The notes beneath the pieces were generated by a model. That model saw only the letters and a program-made list of their open reading frames with translations, was not told where the DNA came from and did not search any database. Below, piece by piece: positions 51,411-64,000 of a stretch of DNA of 64,000 bases. Position 1 is the first letter of the stretch; the number at the start of each line of letters is the position of its first letter. Origin of the DNA: Raja brachyura (Eukaryota); NCBI GenBank assembly GCA_963514005.1, contig OY740795.1, positions 124,001 to 188,000 on the forward strand. The letters are read 5' to 3'. The position numbers were made by a program, and so were the translations under genes.

Positions 51411-53250
51411 AGACATAGACATAGACATAGAAAATAGGTGCAGGAGTAGGCCATTCGGCCCTTCGAGCCTGCACCGCCATTCAATGTGATCATGGCTGAT
51501 CATCCAACTCAGTATCCCGTACCTGCCTTCTCTCCATACCCCCTGATCCCTTTAGCCACAAGTGCCACATCTAACGCCCTCTTAAATATAGCCAATGAAC
51601 TGGCCTCAACTACCTTCTGTGGCAGAGAATTCCAGAGACTCACCACTCTCTGTGTAAATAATGTTTTCCTCATTTCGGTCCTAAAGGAATTCCCCCTTAT
51701 CCTTAGACTGTGACCCCTTGTTCTGGACTCCCCCAGCATCGGGAACAATCTTCCAGCATCTAGCTTGTCCAACCCCTTAAGAATTTTGTAAGTTTCTATA
51801 AGATCCCCCCTCAATCTTCTAAATTCCAGCGAGTACAAGCCGAGTCTATCCAATCTTTCCTCATATGAAAGTCCTGACATCCCAGGAATCAGTCTGGTGA
51901 ATCTTCTCTGTACCCCCTCTATGGCAAGGATGTCTTTCCTCACATTTGGAGACCAAAACTGTACGCAATACTCCAGGTGTGGCCTCATGAAAACCCTGTA
52001 CAACTGCAGTAGAACCTCCCTGCTCCTATACTCAAATCCTTTCGCTATGAATGTTAACATACCATTTGCTTTCTTCACTGCCTGCTGCACCTGCATGCCT
52101 ACTTTCAATGACTGGTGTACCATGACACCCAGGTCTCGTTGCATCTCCCCCTTTCCTAATCTGCCACCATTCAGATAATAGTCTACCCTCATGTTTTTGC
52201 CACCAAAGTGGATAACCTCACATGTATCCACATTATACTGCATCTGCCATGCATCTGCCCATTCACTCAGCCTATCCAAATCACCCTGCAGCCTCCAAGC
52301 ATCCTCCTCACACCTAACTATACCCCCCAGCTTGGTATCATCTGCAAATTTGGAGATGTTGCATTGAATTCCCTCGTCCAAATCATTAATATATATTGTA
52401 AATAGCTGGGGTCCCAGCACTGAGCCTTGCGGCACCCCACTAGTCACTGCCTGCCATTCTGAAAAGGACCCGTTTACTCCTACCCTTTGCCTCCTGTCTG
52501 CTAGCCAGTTCTCTATCCACATCAATACTGAACCCGCAATACCGTGTGCTTTAAGTTTGTATGCTAATCTCTTATGCGGGACCTTGTCGAAAGCCTTCTG
52601 AAAGTCTAGATATAACACATCCACTGGTTCTCCCTTATCCACTCTACTAGTTACATCCTCGAAAAATTCTATCAGATTTGTCAGACATGATTTTCCTTTC
52701 GTAAATCCATGCTGACTTTGTCCAATGATTTCACCACTTTCCAAATGCGCTGCTATCCCATCTTTAATAACTGACTCTAGCAGTTTCCCCACTACCGATG
52801 TTAGACTAACTGGTCTGTAATTCCCCGCTTTCTCTCTCCCTCCTTTTTTAAAAAGTGGGGTTACATTAGCTACCCTCCAATCCACAGGAACTACTCCAGA
52901 ATGTAAGGAATTTTGAAAAATTCTCACTAATGCATCCACTATTTCTGTGGCTGCCTCCTTGAGTACTCTGTGATGCAGACTATCTTGCCCTGGGGATTTA
53001 TCGGCCTTCAATCCGTTCAATTTACCCAACCTCCCGGTTAACCTGGATTTCACTCAGTTCCTCCATCTTATTTGACCCCCGTTCCACTGCTATTTCCGGC
53101 AGATTATTTATGTCTTCCTTAGTGAAGACAGAACCAAAGTAGTTATTCAATTGGTCTGCCATGTCCTTGTTCCCCATGATCAATTCACCTGTTTCTGACT
53201 GCAAGGGACCAACATTTGTTTTAACTAGTCTCTTTCTCTTCACATATCTA
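51411..53250 (-). mobile_element. Young 5'-truncated CR1, near-identical inverted partner of 25191-27035
   Basis: 514-aa RT ORF 53053-51509; ttctt at both junctions (putative TSD) within an older minus-strand CR1. Confidence 0.92.
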
Positions 53251-55544
53251 TTCTTCACTGCCTGCTGTACCTGCACGCCAACTTTAAGTGAATGGTATAC
53301 CAGGACACCCAGGTCTCGCTGTACCTCCCCCTTACCTAGCGTAACTCCGTTGAGATAATAACCTACCCCCTTGTTTTTGCCGCCAAAGTGGATAACCTCA
53401 CATTTATCTATATTATACTGCATCTGCCACGCGTCTGCCCACTCACTCAACCTGTCCAGGTCGCCCTGTAATCGCCTCACATCCTCTTCACTGCTCACAC
53501 TGCCACCCAGCTTTGTGTCGTCCGCAAATTTGCTAGTGTTGCTCCTAATTCCCTCCTCCAAATCATTTATATATATGGTAAACAATTGTGGTCCCAACAC
53601 CGAGCCTGGCGGCACCCGCCACTGCCTGCCATTCTGAAAAGGACCCGTTCACTCCTACTCTTTGCTTCCGGTTTGCCAACCAATTTCTATCCATGTCAAC
53701 ATCCTACCCCCAATAATATGTGCTCTAATTTTAGTCGTCTTTTTACTTGTCACATCCTCAAAAAGTTCCAGAAGTTTAGTCAAACACGATTTCCCTTTTA
53801 TAAATTAATGTTGAATTGGACTAATCCTTTTACTGCTATCCAAATGCTCCATTATTACCTCTTTAATAATTGACTCCAGCATCATTCCCACCACCGAAAT
53901 CAGGCTAAATGGTCTGTAATACCCCGTTTTCTCTCTCGCTCCTTTCTTGAAAAGTGGGATAACATTAGCTATCCTCCAATCCACAGGAACTGGTCCTGAA
54001 TCTATTGAGCCTTGTAAAATGATCACCAATGCGTCCACTATTTCTAGAGCCACCTCCCTGAGGACCCTGGGTTGCAGACAATCAGGCCAGGAGATTTATC
54101 ATCCTTTAGTCCCTTTAGTCTACCCAATACTATTTCTCGCCTAATGATAATGTATTTTAGTTCATCTACCTCTTTCGTTGCTCTGTCCTCCAGTGAACCT
54201 GAGAGATTGTTTGTGTTCTCCTTAGTGATGACAGATCCGAAGTACCTATTCAACTCTTCTTCCATTTCCTTGTTGCCCATAATTATTTCACCCGTGTCTG
54301 CCTTCAACGGACCCCCATTTGACTTTGCTACTCTTTTCCCCTTAAGATATCTAAAGAAGCTTTTGTTGTCCTTCTTTATATTCCTGGCCAGCTTCCCCTC
54401 GTACTGCATCTTTTCCGCCCGTATTGCCCGTTTTGTTTCCTTCTGTTGTCTTATGAAAGTTTCCCAATCCTCCGGCTACCAGCTACTTTGGAGACATTTG
54501 TGGAGTAGTTTAAGTTAATGGGAAACATTATCTCCAATGACATTAAACGGGGGGCTACCATCAACTCCTCAGTCAAAAAGGCACAATATAGGATGTACAT
54601 CCTACGGCACCTGAGGAAGCACAATCTGCCACAAGCAATGATGGTCCAATTCTACATTGCCATCGTAGAGTCTGTTCTCACCTTCTACATCATGGTCTGG
54701 TTTGGCTCAGCCAACAAGCGCGTCACCTGGAGGGTGCAGCGAATCGTCCAATCAGCAGATAAGTTTATTGGCTGCAACCTTCCCTCCATTGATGAACTGT
54801 ACACTTCAGGGGCCAGGAAGCGAGCGGGCAAGATCATCTCTAACCCCTCTCACACTGGCCACAAACTCTTTGAATCACTCCACTCTGGAAGGCGACTCCG
54901 GATTGTCAAACCTTCCACAGCCATACATTAAAACAGTTTTTATCCACGAGCTGTTGCTCTACTCACCAGTCAAAAATCTGTAGCCTCCCTTTGATCTGGT
55001 ATTTTGTTGGTTCACATGCTTGATCTGTGGTGTTTTATCATTAATGTTTTATTATTATTAATGTTTATTTTTTCTGAGCCATTCGTAACTGTCACAGTAT
55101 GTCATGTTGTTACTTGTGGGCGGAGCACCAAGGCAAATTCCTTGTATGTGACTACTTGACCAATAAACCTACTTACTGTTACCTTTACTTACTGTTCATT
55201 TACACGCTGAATGGCCACATCGCGCTATATCACACGGGTATTGCGCAGACGTTGTTTCACAATCGCTGATTTGCTCATTTTTTCAATTGCACTTTGCGTC
55301 AAACATCAATGCTATCTGCTTGAGACTATAGTTCAGGGCAAAAGTAAATGAATACGGGCATCTCCCTCTCTTTCTGCTGTTTTATTGCTGAAACTAAACA
55401 TAGAACGAAAATAACGCCATGGATACCAGTCATTGTAAAACCTTCTCCTTCGACAAACACCATTACCAATGAGCACAAGCAGATTGGTCGGAAATCGTAT
55501 TTCAATAAAATGCAGCCCTCACAATTGAACAAGCCATCAAATGG

Positions 55545-55770
55545 ATCCTTCGAAGGTAGCCGAATATGCTCGAGAAATTATGCGGGTCAGGCGGCATCTT
55601 TGGAGCGAAGGGTTCCCGCCCGCCCCCCAGCCCCACATCAGTCTGAAGAAGGGTCACGACCCGAAACGTCACCCTTTCCTTCGCTCCACAGATACTGCCT
55701 GACCGGGTGAGATTCTACCGCCTTTTTGTCTAGCTTCGATTTTTTTTCAGCATCTGCAGTTCTTTCTTAA
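55545..55770 (+). mobile_element. Penelope-like terminal remnant: inverted repeat flanking a minimal hammerhead ribozyme core (55643-55670)
   Basis: CTGAAGA-A-GGGTC(AC)GACCC-GAAA-CGTC; 55548-55605 is an imperfect inverted copy of ~55677-55740. Confidence 0.7.
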
Positions 55771-57078
55771 TCAAATGGAACCCGTGCCGTTTATAAATTA
55801 AAGCGGGAATTTTAGGTACAAATTGTTTTGCCAACGTGTTCTTCGTTCCGATTTACAAATTCCCTAATCGTTAATTGGATGTTCGTTGCAACCAACACAG
55901 AAACATTTCATTGGGTTTATGGAAGGAGCAGCCAAAATAGCTGGTTTGGAAAGGAACCGGAGAAACTGGTTTATACTGAAGAATGACGCAAACTGCTGGA
56001 GTGACTCGGCGGGTAACGTAGCATATCTAGAGAAAACGGACATATCATGTTTCTGGTCGGGACCGTTCTTCCACCTGAAAGTAGAGCCGAAGGCAATGGA
56101 TGTCTGTAAAGGCCTCAACAATGCAGGGCCCGCTACAGGTGGCCAAGAAGAATTGAGGCCATAATCAACCATTGTTGGCTGGGGAGAGGTGATACCGAAC
56201 GAATACAAACATGCGAGAAATTCAACTAGTATGATGACTACGTTGGGGGAGAGAGGGAGAGAAATGTAGGGAATCCTGGGGTCATTTGGAATCAGAGCGT
56301 TCAAAGATCAAACCACCGAATTGTAAGATGCACAAGCGAAATGTGAGGTGCTGTTCCTCCATTTTGTGCGTGGCCTCATTCTAACCGTTGAGGAGGAACA
56401 AGGCAGAAAGGTTTATATGGGAATGTGAAATGGAATTAAAATTTGTGCAGCCGGGACATCGCGTTACCCAAGGCGGTATTTGAGCCTTGGGTAACGCGAT
56501 TTAATAACTGCAGATTCTCTTGAAACCAAAGGCCCCGTCAATGCGAAATCAAACGGTTTTTTCCCCATGATGAAATGGAATAACAAATCCAACGTGCTCG
56601 TTTTTAACTGAAAACTAGTCTTTCTGCACTCGTTTTGAAAATAATATGTTCGAGGTATATGAAAACATATTCGTACAAAGAAATGTTGATAGATTCAACT
56701 GAACACTTGGGCATGCGTAGATCTGGTCGGAGTCCATTGAGTCCATGAACGTACTAAGGAGCTGGGCGTAAAATATCCACAACTTAAATGTTAGGTAGAC
56801 AAAAATGCTTGAGAAACTCAAGCGGGCATCTATGGAGCGAAGGAATAGGTTGCTGAAAAAACTCAGCGGGTGAGGCATCGTCTGTGGGGCAAAGGGATAC
56901 CTATTCTTTCACTCCATCGATACTGCCTCACCCTCTGAGTCTCTCCAGCATTTGTCTACCTTCGATTTTTCCAGCAGCTGCAGTTCTTCTGAAACTAATG
57001 TTTCAACTAAATTTGTGTTTATTCATATAAATACGATAACAAAACGACGCACGGGTTGTTGTGATATTATTTTTACTA

Positions 57079-59399
57079 TCACTTTACCGATTTAAATATC
57101 TTTCCAGTGCAACGGATCGGATATGTTAGCACACGGAACAACTCATCTCTGAACTTGCTCTGAGTCACAGTGTAAATGGCCGTGTTGGTGCAGGAGCTCA
57201 GCAGCTGAAGCATAGATCCAACCCTTTCCAATCCTTTCATAGGGTTTGCCCATGACCTGCGTATAAACAAACCCAAACTTCGAACAGCAATAAAATGTGC
57301 GACACTTGTCGCCCAGAGCAGGATGAAGCAGCTCGAAATTGCCAGAAGTAAAACGACCGACCGTCTGCGGTTCACCATCTCCTGGTCTTTCTTTCTCTCC
57401 CCACCGCTGAGGTCTCGGAGGTTCCTGCGGACTCGACTGGCCACGAAAATGCGCCTGATGGTGAGCGCGTTAAACAACAAAATCACGCAGAATGGAATCA
57501 CCGGGGTTAACAACTGATCGGTCCAAGAGAACGCCATCCATTCGCGACGCATATAATAATATACGTCTTTGACACAGCCCAGATTCAGTTCAAATGGGAT
57601 GTAAGAAACGTATGCGAAGGGCAAAGGTAGGTTCTGAAGGAAGATGCATGGGGTCATTGCCATGATAACAATCGACGCGGTTCTCTCGGTGCAATATTTG
57701 GCTTTCATATTCTGAGTAGAAATCGCAACAAAGCGATCAAAGGTGAAAGCGACAGTGAACCATACAGAACATTCCACAGCCACAGGAGCCAGGAAGAGTG
57801 TTATTTTGCACACAGGTGTGTAGGGCAAGGAAGCGGGCCACCAATGAATATCAGCAATCCGATTTAATATCACGTCAATAAGAAGCACAGAGAGGTCTGC
57901 AATTGCCATGGCTACCATGTAACGAGTGGTGCACTTGGAGAGGCCGCACTTGCCACGAAACAAGATCACAATCGCCATCAGATTCACTGGGAAGGAATGA
58001 AAACATAAACTGATTAATTGTGTGTGGTACGGGTTGGTGGGTGAGGGTAATTTAAACATGCGCATATTTTGACGAAATGTTGCCTATTTCCTTCGGATGA
58101 AGAAGGATTTAGACTCGAAACGTTCCCTATTTCCTTCGCTCCATAGATGCTGCCTCACCCGCTGAGTTTCGACAGCATGTGTGTCTACATTTGAGAACAT
58201 GATGTCAAGCAATGGCGTTCCGTGAAGCACTGCAATTATAATTACATACATCCTTCAGCGTTAAACAAGGGTAACAATATAACGAGTAGGATTTGATGCT
58301 GAATAGCGGGCGGGCCTCCGTGTTTTACCTGACAATACAATTGCTGAAGTATCTCAGTGGATCAAGTAGCATCTCTGGATGACATGGGTAGGCGACGTTT
58401 CAGTTCGGGCCCTTTCTTCAGTCTCCGATTGGAGGAAGGATCCCGACACGATACGTCGCCGTCGTCGGTCTTCAGGAGATGCTACAAGACCCGGTGAGTT
58501 ACCCAGTACGTTGTTATCCCGGCATGATCGCTGCAGCTACAGTCTCTGTTATCTGTACTTCTAAAAATATATCTTAAATTTGCCTCCCAATAGAGGGGGA
58601 TCATGTCTGGTTGTTCACACTGACGTTTTTTGTTGAGTAAGTTGTTCATACGATCTTCAAATCTGTCTCTGCGAAACTATCCCTGTGAAATGTTAAGAGT
58701 TTTACAGAAAATGCAGTACCAAATTAATGGACGGGGTGCATTTTTCTTTCTGCCGAGTGCACTACGCTCTGCGGAACAGGTAGTCTCAAACACAGCGAGG
58801 ACGCACTTTCGCTTGCCCTACCAACAGACCAGGTGCGGGGCATCGGTTGTAGACAAAATTCGTGGAGGCTACATTTGTACCAGAGTGTATGAACGGCATC
58901 CGTCAATCAAGCCAACGCGTGTCCTCTCTCCGAAGATGTAAATTGCTTTATTTTAGTGTAGTTTGGATGTACAGCAGCGAAGCGAGTCCTCCGGTCCATC
59001 GAGTCTGCGCAGACCAGCGACCCACGCAGACCAACAATATTCGGCACACACTAACGACTTAAAAAAAGTATATACCAAATCAATTATCCTACATACCTGT
59101 CTGTCGTGGAGATTTGGAGGAAACCGAAGAACTCGGAGAAAACCCATGCTGGTCACGAGAAGACCCTACAATTTCTGTAGTGGGGAGCGAGCCCTGCACC
59201 ATCTACCGCTCCGCCATCGTGCTGCACTAAACCCTGCCGTGTTATTCAGAATGTTCTCTTAATCTTTACTTCTCTGCGCGTTTCAAACATTCTGTGTTTG
59301 TTCAAAGTGATGTGCCGACAATTACCTACCGGGTACACCAATTGCTGCAAGAATCGGATAATACGCAGATTCTGCATCCAAGATAGCAATATTATCCAT
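57079..59399 (-). CDS. GPR139/GPR142-like class A GPCR, copy 2: join(59399-59330, 57986-57079), 325 aa
   Basis: Exon 1 MDNIAILDAESAYYPILAAIGVP G|gtaggt; acceptor cccag|TG. Exon 2 VNLMAIVILFRGKCGLS..FTFDRFVAI..LSSCTNTAIY. Same exon sizes as copy 1 (70 + 908 nt). Confidence 0.9.
58950..59225 (-). mobile_element. HE1/V-SINE-like SINE in the intron of GPCR copy 2
   Basis: Orthologous to 33676-33965. Confidence 0.7.
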
Positions 59400-60039
59400 T
59401 TTGATGCGACGGTCGAGGCGATGACTCCTGGTGCTGCCACTCAGCGATTGTCAGCGAAACAAACCAATCTCTGGCACATTTATAAAGTAAATAAAGGAGA
59501 AAATAGGCAATTAGATAACATCCCTGAGGACATTACTCACAGACTTTGGAACAAACAGGTACTGTTTTCAATGTACTATTCAGAAATCACAATCATGCGG
59601 ACGACCGCTCCATACATTTACAACAGCAGGCAGAGAAACATGAATTTAAATTAAAAATCCAAACTAACGCCAGCGCAGTGAACTTGCTGGCGAATGTTCG
59701 GAGCAGCGATTTATTTGCTTGAACATTACATCCGATGACGTGACAAGGAAAGCTGTCATTTCTGGCTTGTACCTGTGCAACTTGAGTTTCCAGACGGCGA
59801 CAGCAGAGCGTAGCGCAGTATGGGCACCTGAGCATATCAACTGGGCACCTAGCGTCAGTTTTCTCAGAAACGTGGCTAATGGGGCGAAAGAGCAAAAGAA
59901 GAGAGAAGAACCGTAAAGTTTATCAAGCATTAATAAAACACGAACATGTAAATTAATTATCGTGGCAGCGTGGATTGGCGGCTCCGTCCCGGGTTAGCAG
60001 CCAGAAGTCGGAAAGATTGATACGGACACGAGGGGTCAT

Positions 60040-63000
60040 GAGGTCACAAAGGTTCGGAGTAAAATAAGGCCATTCTGTCCATTATGTCTCATCCGCCATT
60101 CAATCATGAATTATATATACCCACTCCTCCACCACTCTCTTACTTTCTGCTCATAACCACTGACACCTGTACTAATCAATATATATATATATATACGTGG
60201 AAAATATCCACAGATTTAGGCCCCACAAAGTATTCCACAGATTGAACACATAGGACTATGAAGGAGTCAGTTGAACAAATGGACTATGAAGACATGAGAG
60301 AGGTGCTCATGCTATTCTGAAAATGACCCGTTCACATCTGCTCTTTGCTTCCTGTCTGCCAACCAATTTTCTATCCATGTCAACATGCTAAACCCCAATA
60401 CCAATATTGTCCGCTATTTGCTTCCAATATTGTCTATTGTCTATTGAGCTGGCCAAGGTAAACTGGAAAGCGATCCTAGCAGGAATGGCGGTGGAACAAC
60501 AATGGCTGGAATTTCTGGGCATGATCCGGAAGACGCAAGATCATTTAATTCCAAAAAGGAAGACAGATTTTACGGGGAGTAGGAGGCAACCGTGGGTGAC
60601 AAGATAAGTTAGGGATAGTATAAAATTAAAAGAAAAGATGTATAACACAGCAAATAGTAGCCGGAAGCCAGAGGATTGGGAAACTTCCACTGGACAACAG
60701 AAGGAAACAAAACGGGCAATACGGGCCGAAAAGATGAAGTACGAGGGAATGCTGGACAGGAATAGAAGGAAGGACAGTAAAAGATTATTTACATATGTTA
60801 AGGGGAAAAGAGTAGCAAAGTCAAATGTAGGTCCCTTGAAGGCAAACACGGGTGAAATTATTATGCAAGGAAATGGAAGAAGAGTTGAACAGGTACATCG
60901 GATCTGTCTTCAGTAAGGAATACATAAACCATCTCCCAGATGTACTGGAGGGCAGAGGCTCTAAGGGGGTAAAGGAACTGAAAGACATTTCCATTGGGTG
61001 ATAAATAGTTTTGGGTAGGCTCATGGGCCTAAAGGATGATAAATCCCCTGGGCTTGATAGTCTGCATCCCAGGGTCCTCGGTGAGGTGGCTCTCGAAACA
61101 GTGAAGGCATTGGTGATTATTTTCCAACGTTCAATAGATTCAGGATCAGTTCCTGTGGATTGGAGGATAGCTAATGTTATCCCACTTTTCAAGAAACGAG
61201 GAGAGAGAAAACGGGGAATTACAGACTAGTTAGCCAGACCTCGGTGGTGGGAAAGATGCTGGAGTCAAGTATTAAAGAGGTAATAATGGATTATTGGTAT
61301 AGCAGTAAAATGATTAGTCCAAGTCAACATGGATTATGAAAGTGAAATCATGCTTGACTATTTTTTGAGGATGTGACAAATACAATGGATGAAGGGGGGC
61401 CAGTGGATGTATTGTATCTGGACTTTGAGACAGCCTTTGGTTAGGTCCCGCACGGCAGACTGGGGAGCAAATTTAGGGCACACGGTATTGAGGTTGCGGT
61501 GTCGATATGGACAGGAAATTGGTTGGCAGACAGTAAGCAAAGAGTAGGAGTGAACGGGTCCTTTTCAGAATGGCAGGCCGTGGCGAGTGGAATGCCCGGT
61601 GTTGGGGCCTCAACTGTTTACCATATATATTAATGATTTTGAAGAGGGGATTATGAGCAACACGGGTAGGTTTGCGGATGACACAAAGCTAGGTGGCAGT
61701 GTGAATTATGAAGAGGATGTTAAGAGGTTGCAGGGTGACCTGGACAGGTTGAGTGACTCGGCAGATGCGTGGCAGATGCAGTATAATATCGATAAATGTG
61801 AAATTATCCACTTTGACGGCAAAAACAAGGGGGCAGATTATTATCTCAATGCGGCTGGTTAGGTTAGGTAAGGTAGAGGTGCAGCGAGACCTGGGTGTCC
61901 TTGTACACCAATCTGAAAGTTGGCGTGCAGGTACAGCAGGCAGTGAAAAAAGCTAACGGAATGTTGTCCTTCATAACAAAAGGATTTCAGTATAGGAAAA
62001 AAGAGGTTCTTCTGCAGATGTATATGTCTCTGGTGAGACCACATCTGGAGTACTGTGTAGAGTGTTGGTCCTAATTTGAGGAAGGACATCCTAGTGATTC
62101 AGGCAGTGTAGCGTAGGTCCACGAGATCGATCCCTGGGGTGGTGGGACTGGCATATGAAGAGAGATTGAACAGACCGGGCTTGTATTCGCTGGACATTAG
62201 AAGGACGAGGGAGGACTTTATAGAAACATATACAGTATAATTATAAAAGGACTAAACAAGCTGGATGCAGGAAAAAAATCCCCATTGTTGCGCGAGTCCA
62301 GAGTAAGGGGTGCACCGTTTTAGAATAAAGGGGTTATTAAGACTGAGGTGAGAGTTGCGAATTTGTGGATTGTCTGCCACAGAGGGCAGTGGAGGCCAAA
62401 TCACTCGAAGGATTTAATATAGAGTTAGAGCTCTTGGGGCTAGTGGAATCAAGGGATAAGGGGAGAAGGCAGACACTGGTTATTGATTGGGGACGATCAG
62501 CCATGATCACAATGAATGGCGGTGCTGGCTCGAAGGGCCGAACGGCTTCCTCCTGTACCTATGTTTCTATATTTCTCCTGTTTTCTATGTTTCTATATTT
62601 CTATGTTCCTATTCTCCACCCTCTGGCTAAATAAGTTTCTCATCGTCTCCATCCGAAAAGAACGTCCTTTTATTCTTAAGCAATTACCTCTATTCCGAGA
62701 CTTTCCCACTCGCAGCAACATCCTCTCCACACCCACTCTATCCAAGCCTTTCACTATTCTGTATGTTTCAATGTGGTCCCCTCCTCATTGTTCAAATCTC
62801 CAGTGTACACAGGCCCAGTGCCGACAAATGCTCATGGTAGGTTAACCTACTAATTCTTGGTAAACTTCCTCTGGACCCTCTCCGGATCCAGCACATCCAT
62901 GCTCAGATATTGTGGCCATAATTGCTCACAATATTCCAAATGCGGCCTTCTCGGCGCCTTATACAGGCTCAGCATTACAACCCTGTTTTGGATACGAAGC

Positions 63001-63965
63001 ATCTTCAAATAGATGCAGGCATTGAATTTGCTTTAATTAGTACCGACTCGACTTGCAGATTAACCTTTTGGGAATCCTGCATCAGCACTCCTAAGTCTAT
63101 TTTCATCTCCGATTTCTGGATTATCTACCTATTGAAAACAAATATTCAACGCCTTTTTGCTCCAAACAAAATGCAAGACTCCACACTTTGCTACACTATA
63201 TTCCATCTTCCACCATCTGCCACTCACCCAACCTGGCCAAGTCCTTCTGCAGAGTCCCTGCCCTCTCTGCAGCACCTGACCCTCCTCCTATATTCGTATC
63301 ATTCGCAAACTTGGCCACACATCCTTCAATGCCCTCATACAAAACATTAATATACAACATATCACTCGTCACTGGCAGCCAACCGGATAAAGCCCCCTTT
63401 AGTGCCACGTTTTGTCTTCCACCCAGCCAACCTGCTCTCCATGCTAGTTAGTATCTGCCCTTTCCTTCCGTGGGTTTTCATCTTCCTTAGCAGCCTCACG
63501 TGTTGCCCATTATCAAAGTATTTCTAGAAATCTGAGTAAACAACATTTACTGACCACCGTTGTCTTGAGTATTTACCTTTTAAAAGGATCACAGAAACAT
63601 TGTAAAGCAAGACCTCCCCTTCACAATGCCATGCTGACTTCGACCAATTTTATTGTGAACTTCTAAGTACTCCACAACCTTATCCTTTATCGTGGACGCT
63701 AAAACCTTACCAATCACCGAAGTCAGACAAACCAGCGTCTGGTTCCCACTATTCTGCCTTGCTCGCTTCTTGTGCATCGGGGTAATATTGCCAATTTTCC
63801 AATCATCTGGGACCACTCCAGCCTCCACTGATTCTTGAAATATCACTTTGAACGCCTGCAAAACTCTGGAGCCACCTCTTTCAGAACACTCGGGTGTGGT
63901 CCATCTGGTCAGGATGCGCATGCACCTTCAGCACGTTCAGCATCCCAAGCACCTTCTCCAGAGTT
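60040..63965. mobile_element. Degenerate CR1 fragments on both strands upstream of GPCR copy 2
   Basis: KSPGLD, FADDTKL and 3' tail motifs; colinear with 34800-40200. Confidence 0.8.
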
Positions 63966-64000
63966 GGGGTCAGATGGCCGCGCATCGCGGTCAGTGACCG

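Larger units (their letters stand above)
49942..54488 (-). mobile_element. Older minus-strand CR1 (pieces 44489-44627, 49942-50415, 51373-51410, 53251-54488) hosting later insertions
   Basis: The pieces join colinearly when the inserts are removed. Confidence 0.75.
44050..55190 (+). mobile_element. Rex1/Babar LINE split into 44050-44488 and 54489-55190 by a ~10-kb stack of nested insertions
   Basis: FNSIVPELL..WITNFLTDRKQ..GAPQGC on the left continues as ..VKKAQYRMYILR..FYIAIVESVLT..WFGS on the right. Confidence 0.75.
55990..63965 (+). repeat. Segmental duplication unit 2 (direct repeat of ~30860-40200)
   Basis: Colinear with unit 1; similarity ends after ccttct(a/c)cagagtt (40200 / 63965). 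Confidence 0.9.

Noticed and set aside
57987-58065. N-terminal extension of the 328-aa single-exon GPCR ORF
   Set aside because: It is intron read-through; the conserved true exon 1 is at 59399-59330.

Overview
Eukaryotic, repeat-rich DNA from a cartilaginous fish, most likely a skate or ray (inferred from the HER1/CR1 LINE and HE1-type SINE content and the shark-type V segments). The left ~21 kb is part of the V region of a T-cell receptor alpha/delta locus with 7 V segments. One is a plus-strand TCRdelta-like pseudogene. Four are tandem minus-strand TRAV-like genes of one family (2 intact, 1 internally deleted, 1 with broken splice donor and RSS). Two are minus-strand V of a second family (one with a degenerate nonamer, one that has lost its leader intron). 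All carry 22/23-bp-spacer RSSs; no D, J or C segments were found. The right part holds two intact, two-exon, 325-aa GPR139/GPR142-like class A GPCR genes inside a ~9-kb direct segmental duplication; their extracellular loops are much more divergent than their intracellular loop 3. The rest is CR1 (several with esterase ORF1), Rex1/Babar, Tx1 and Penelope-like remnants with minimal hammerhead cores, SINEs, microsatellites and three assembly gaps. Best leads: CTCF-like motifs next to the V RSSs, the in-situ intron-less V, the conserved non-canonical CACGGAG heptamer, and the diversifying GPCR pair beside the TCR V cluster. All calls come from manual reading; no database searches were run.
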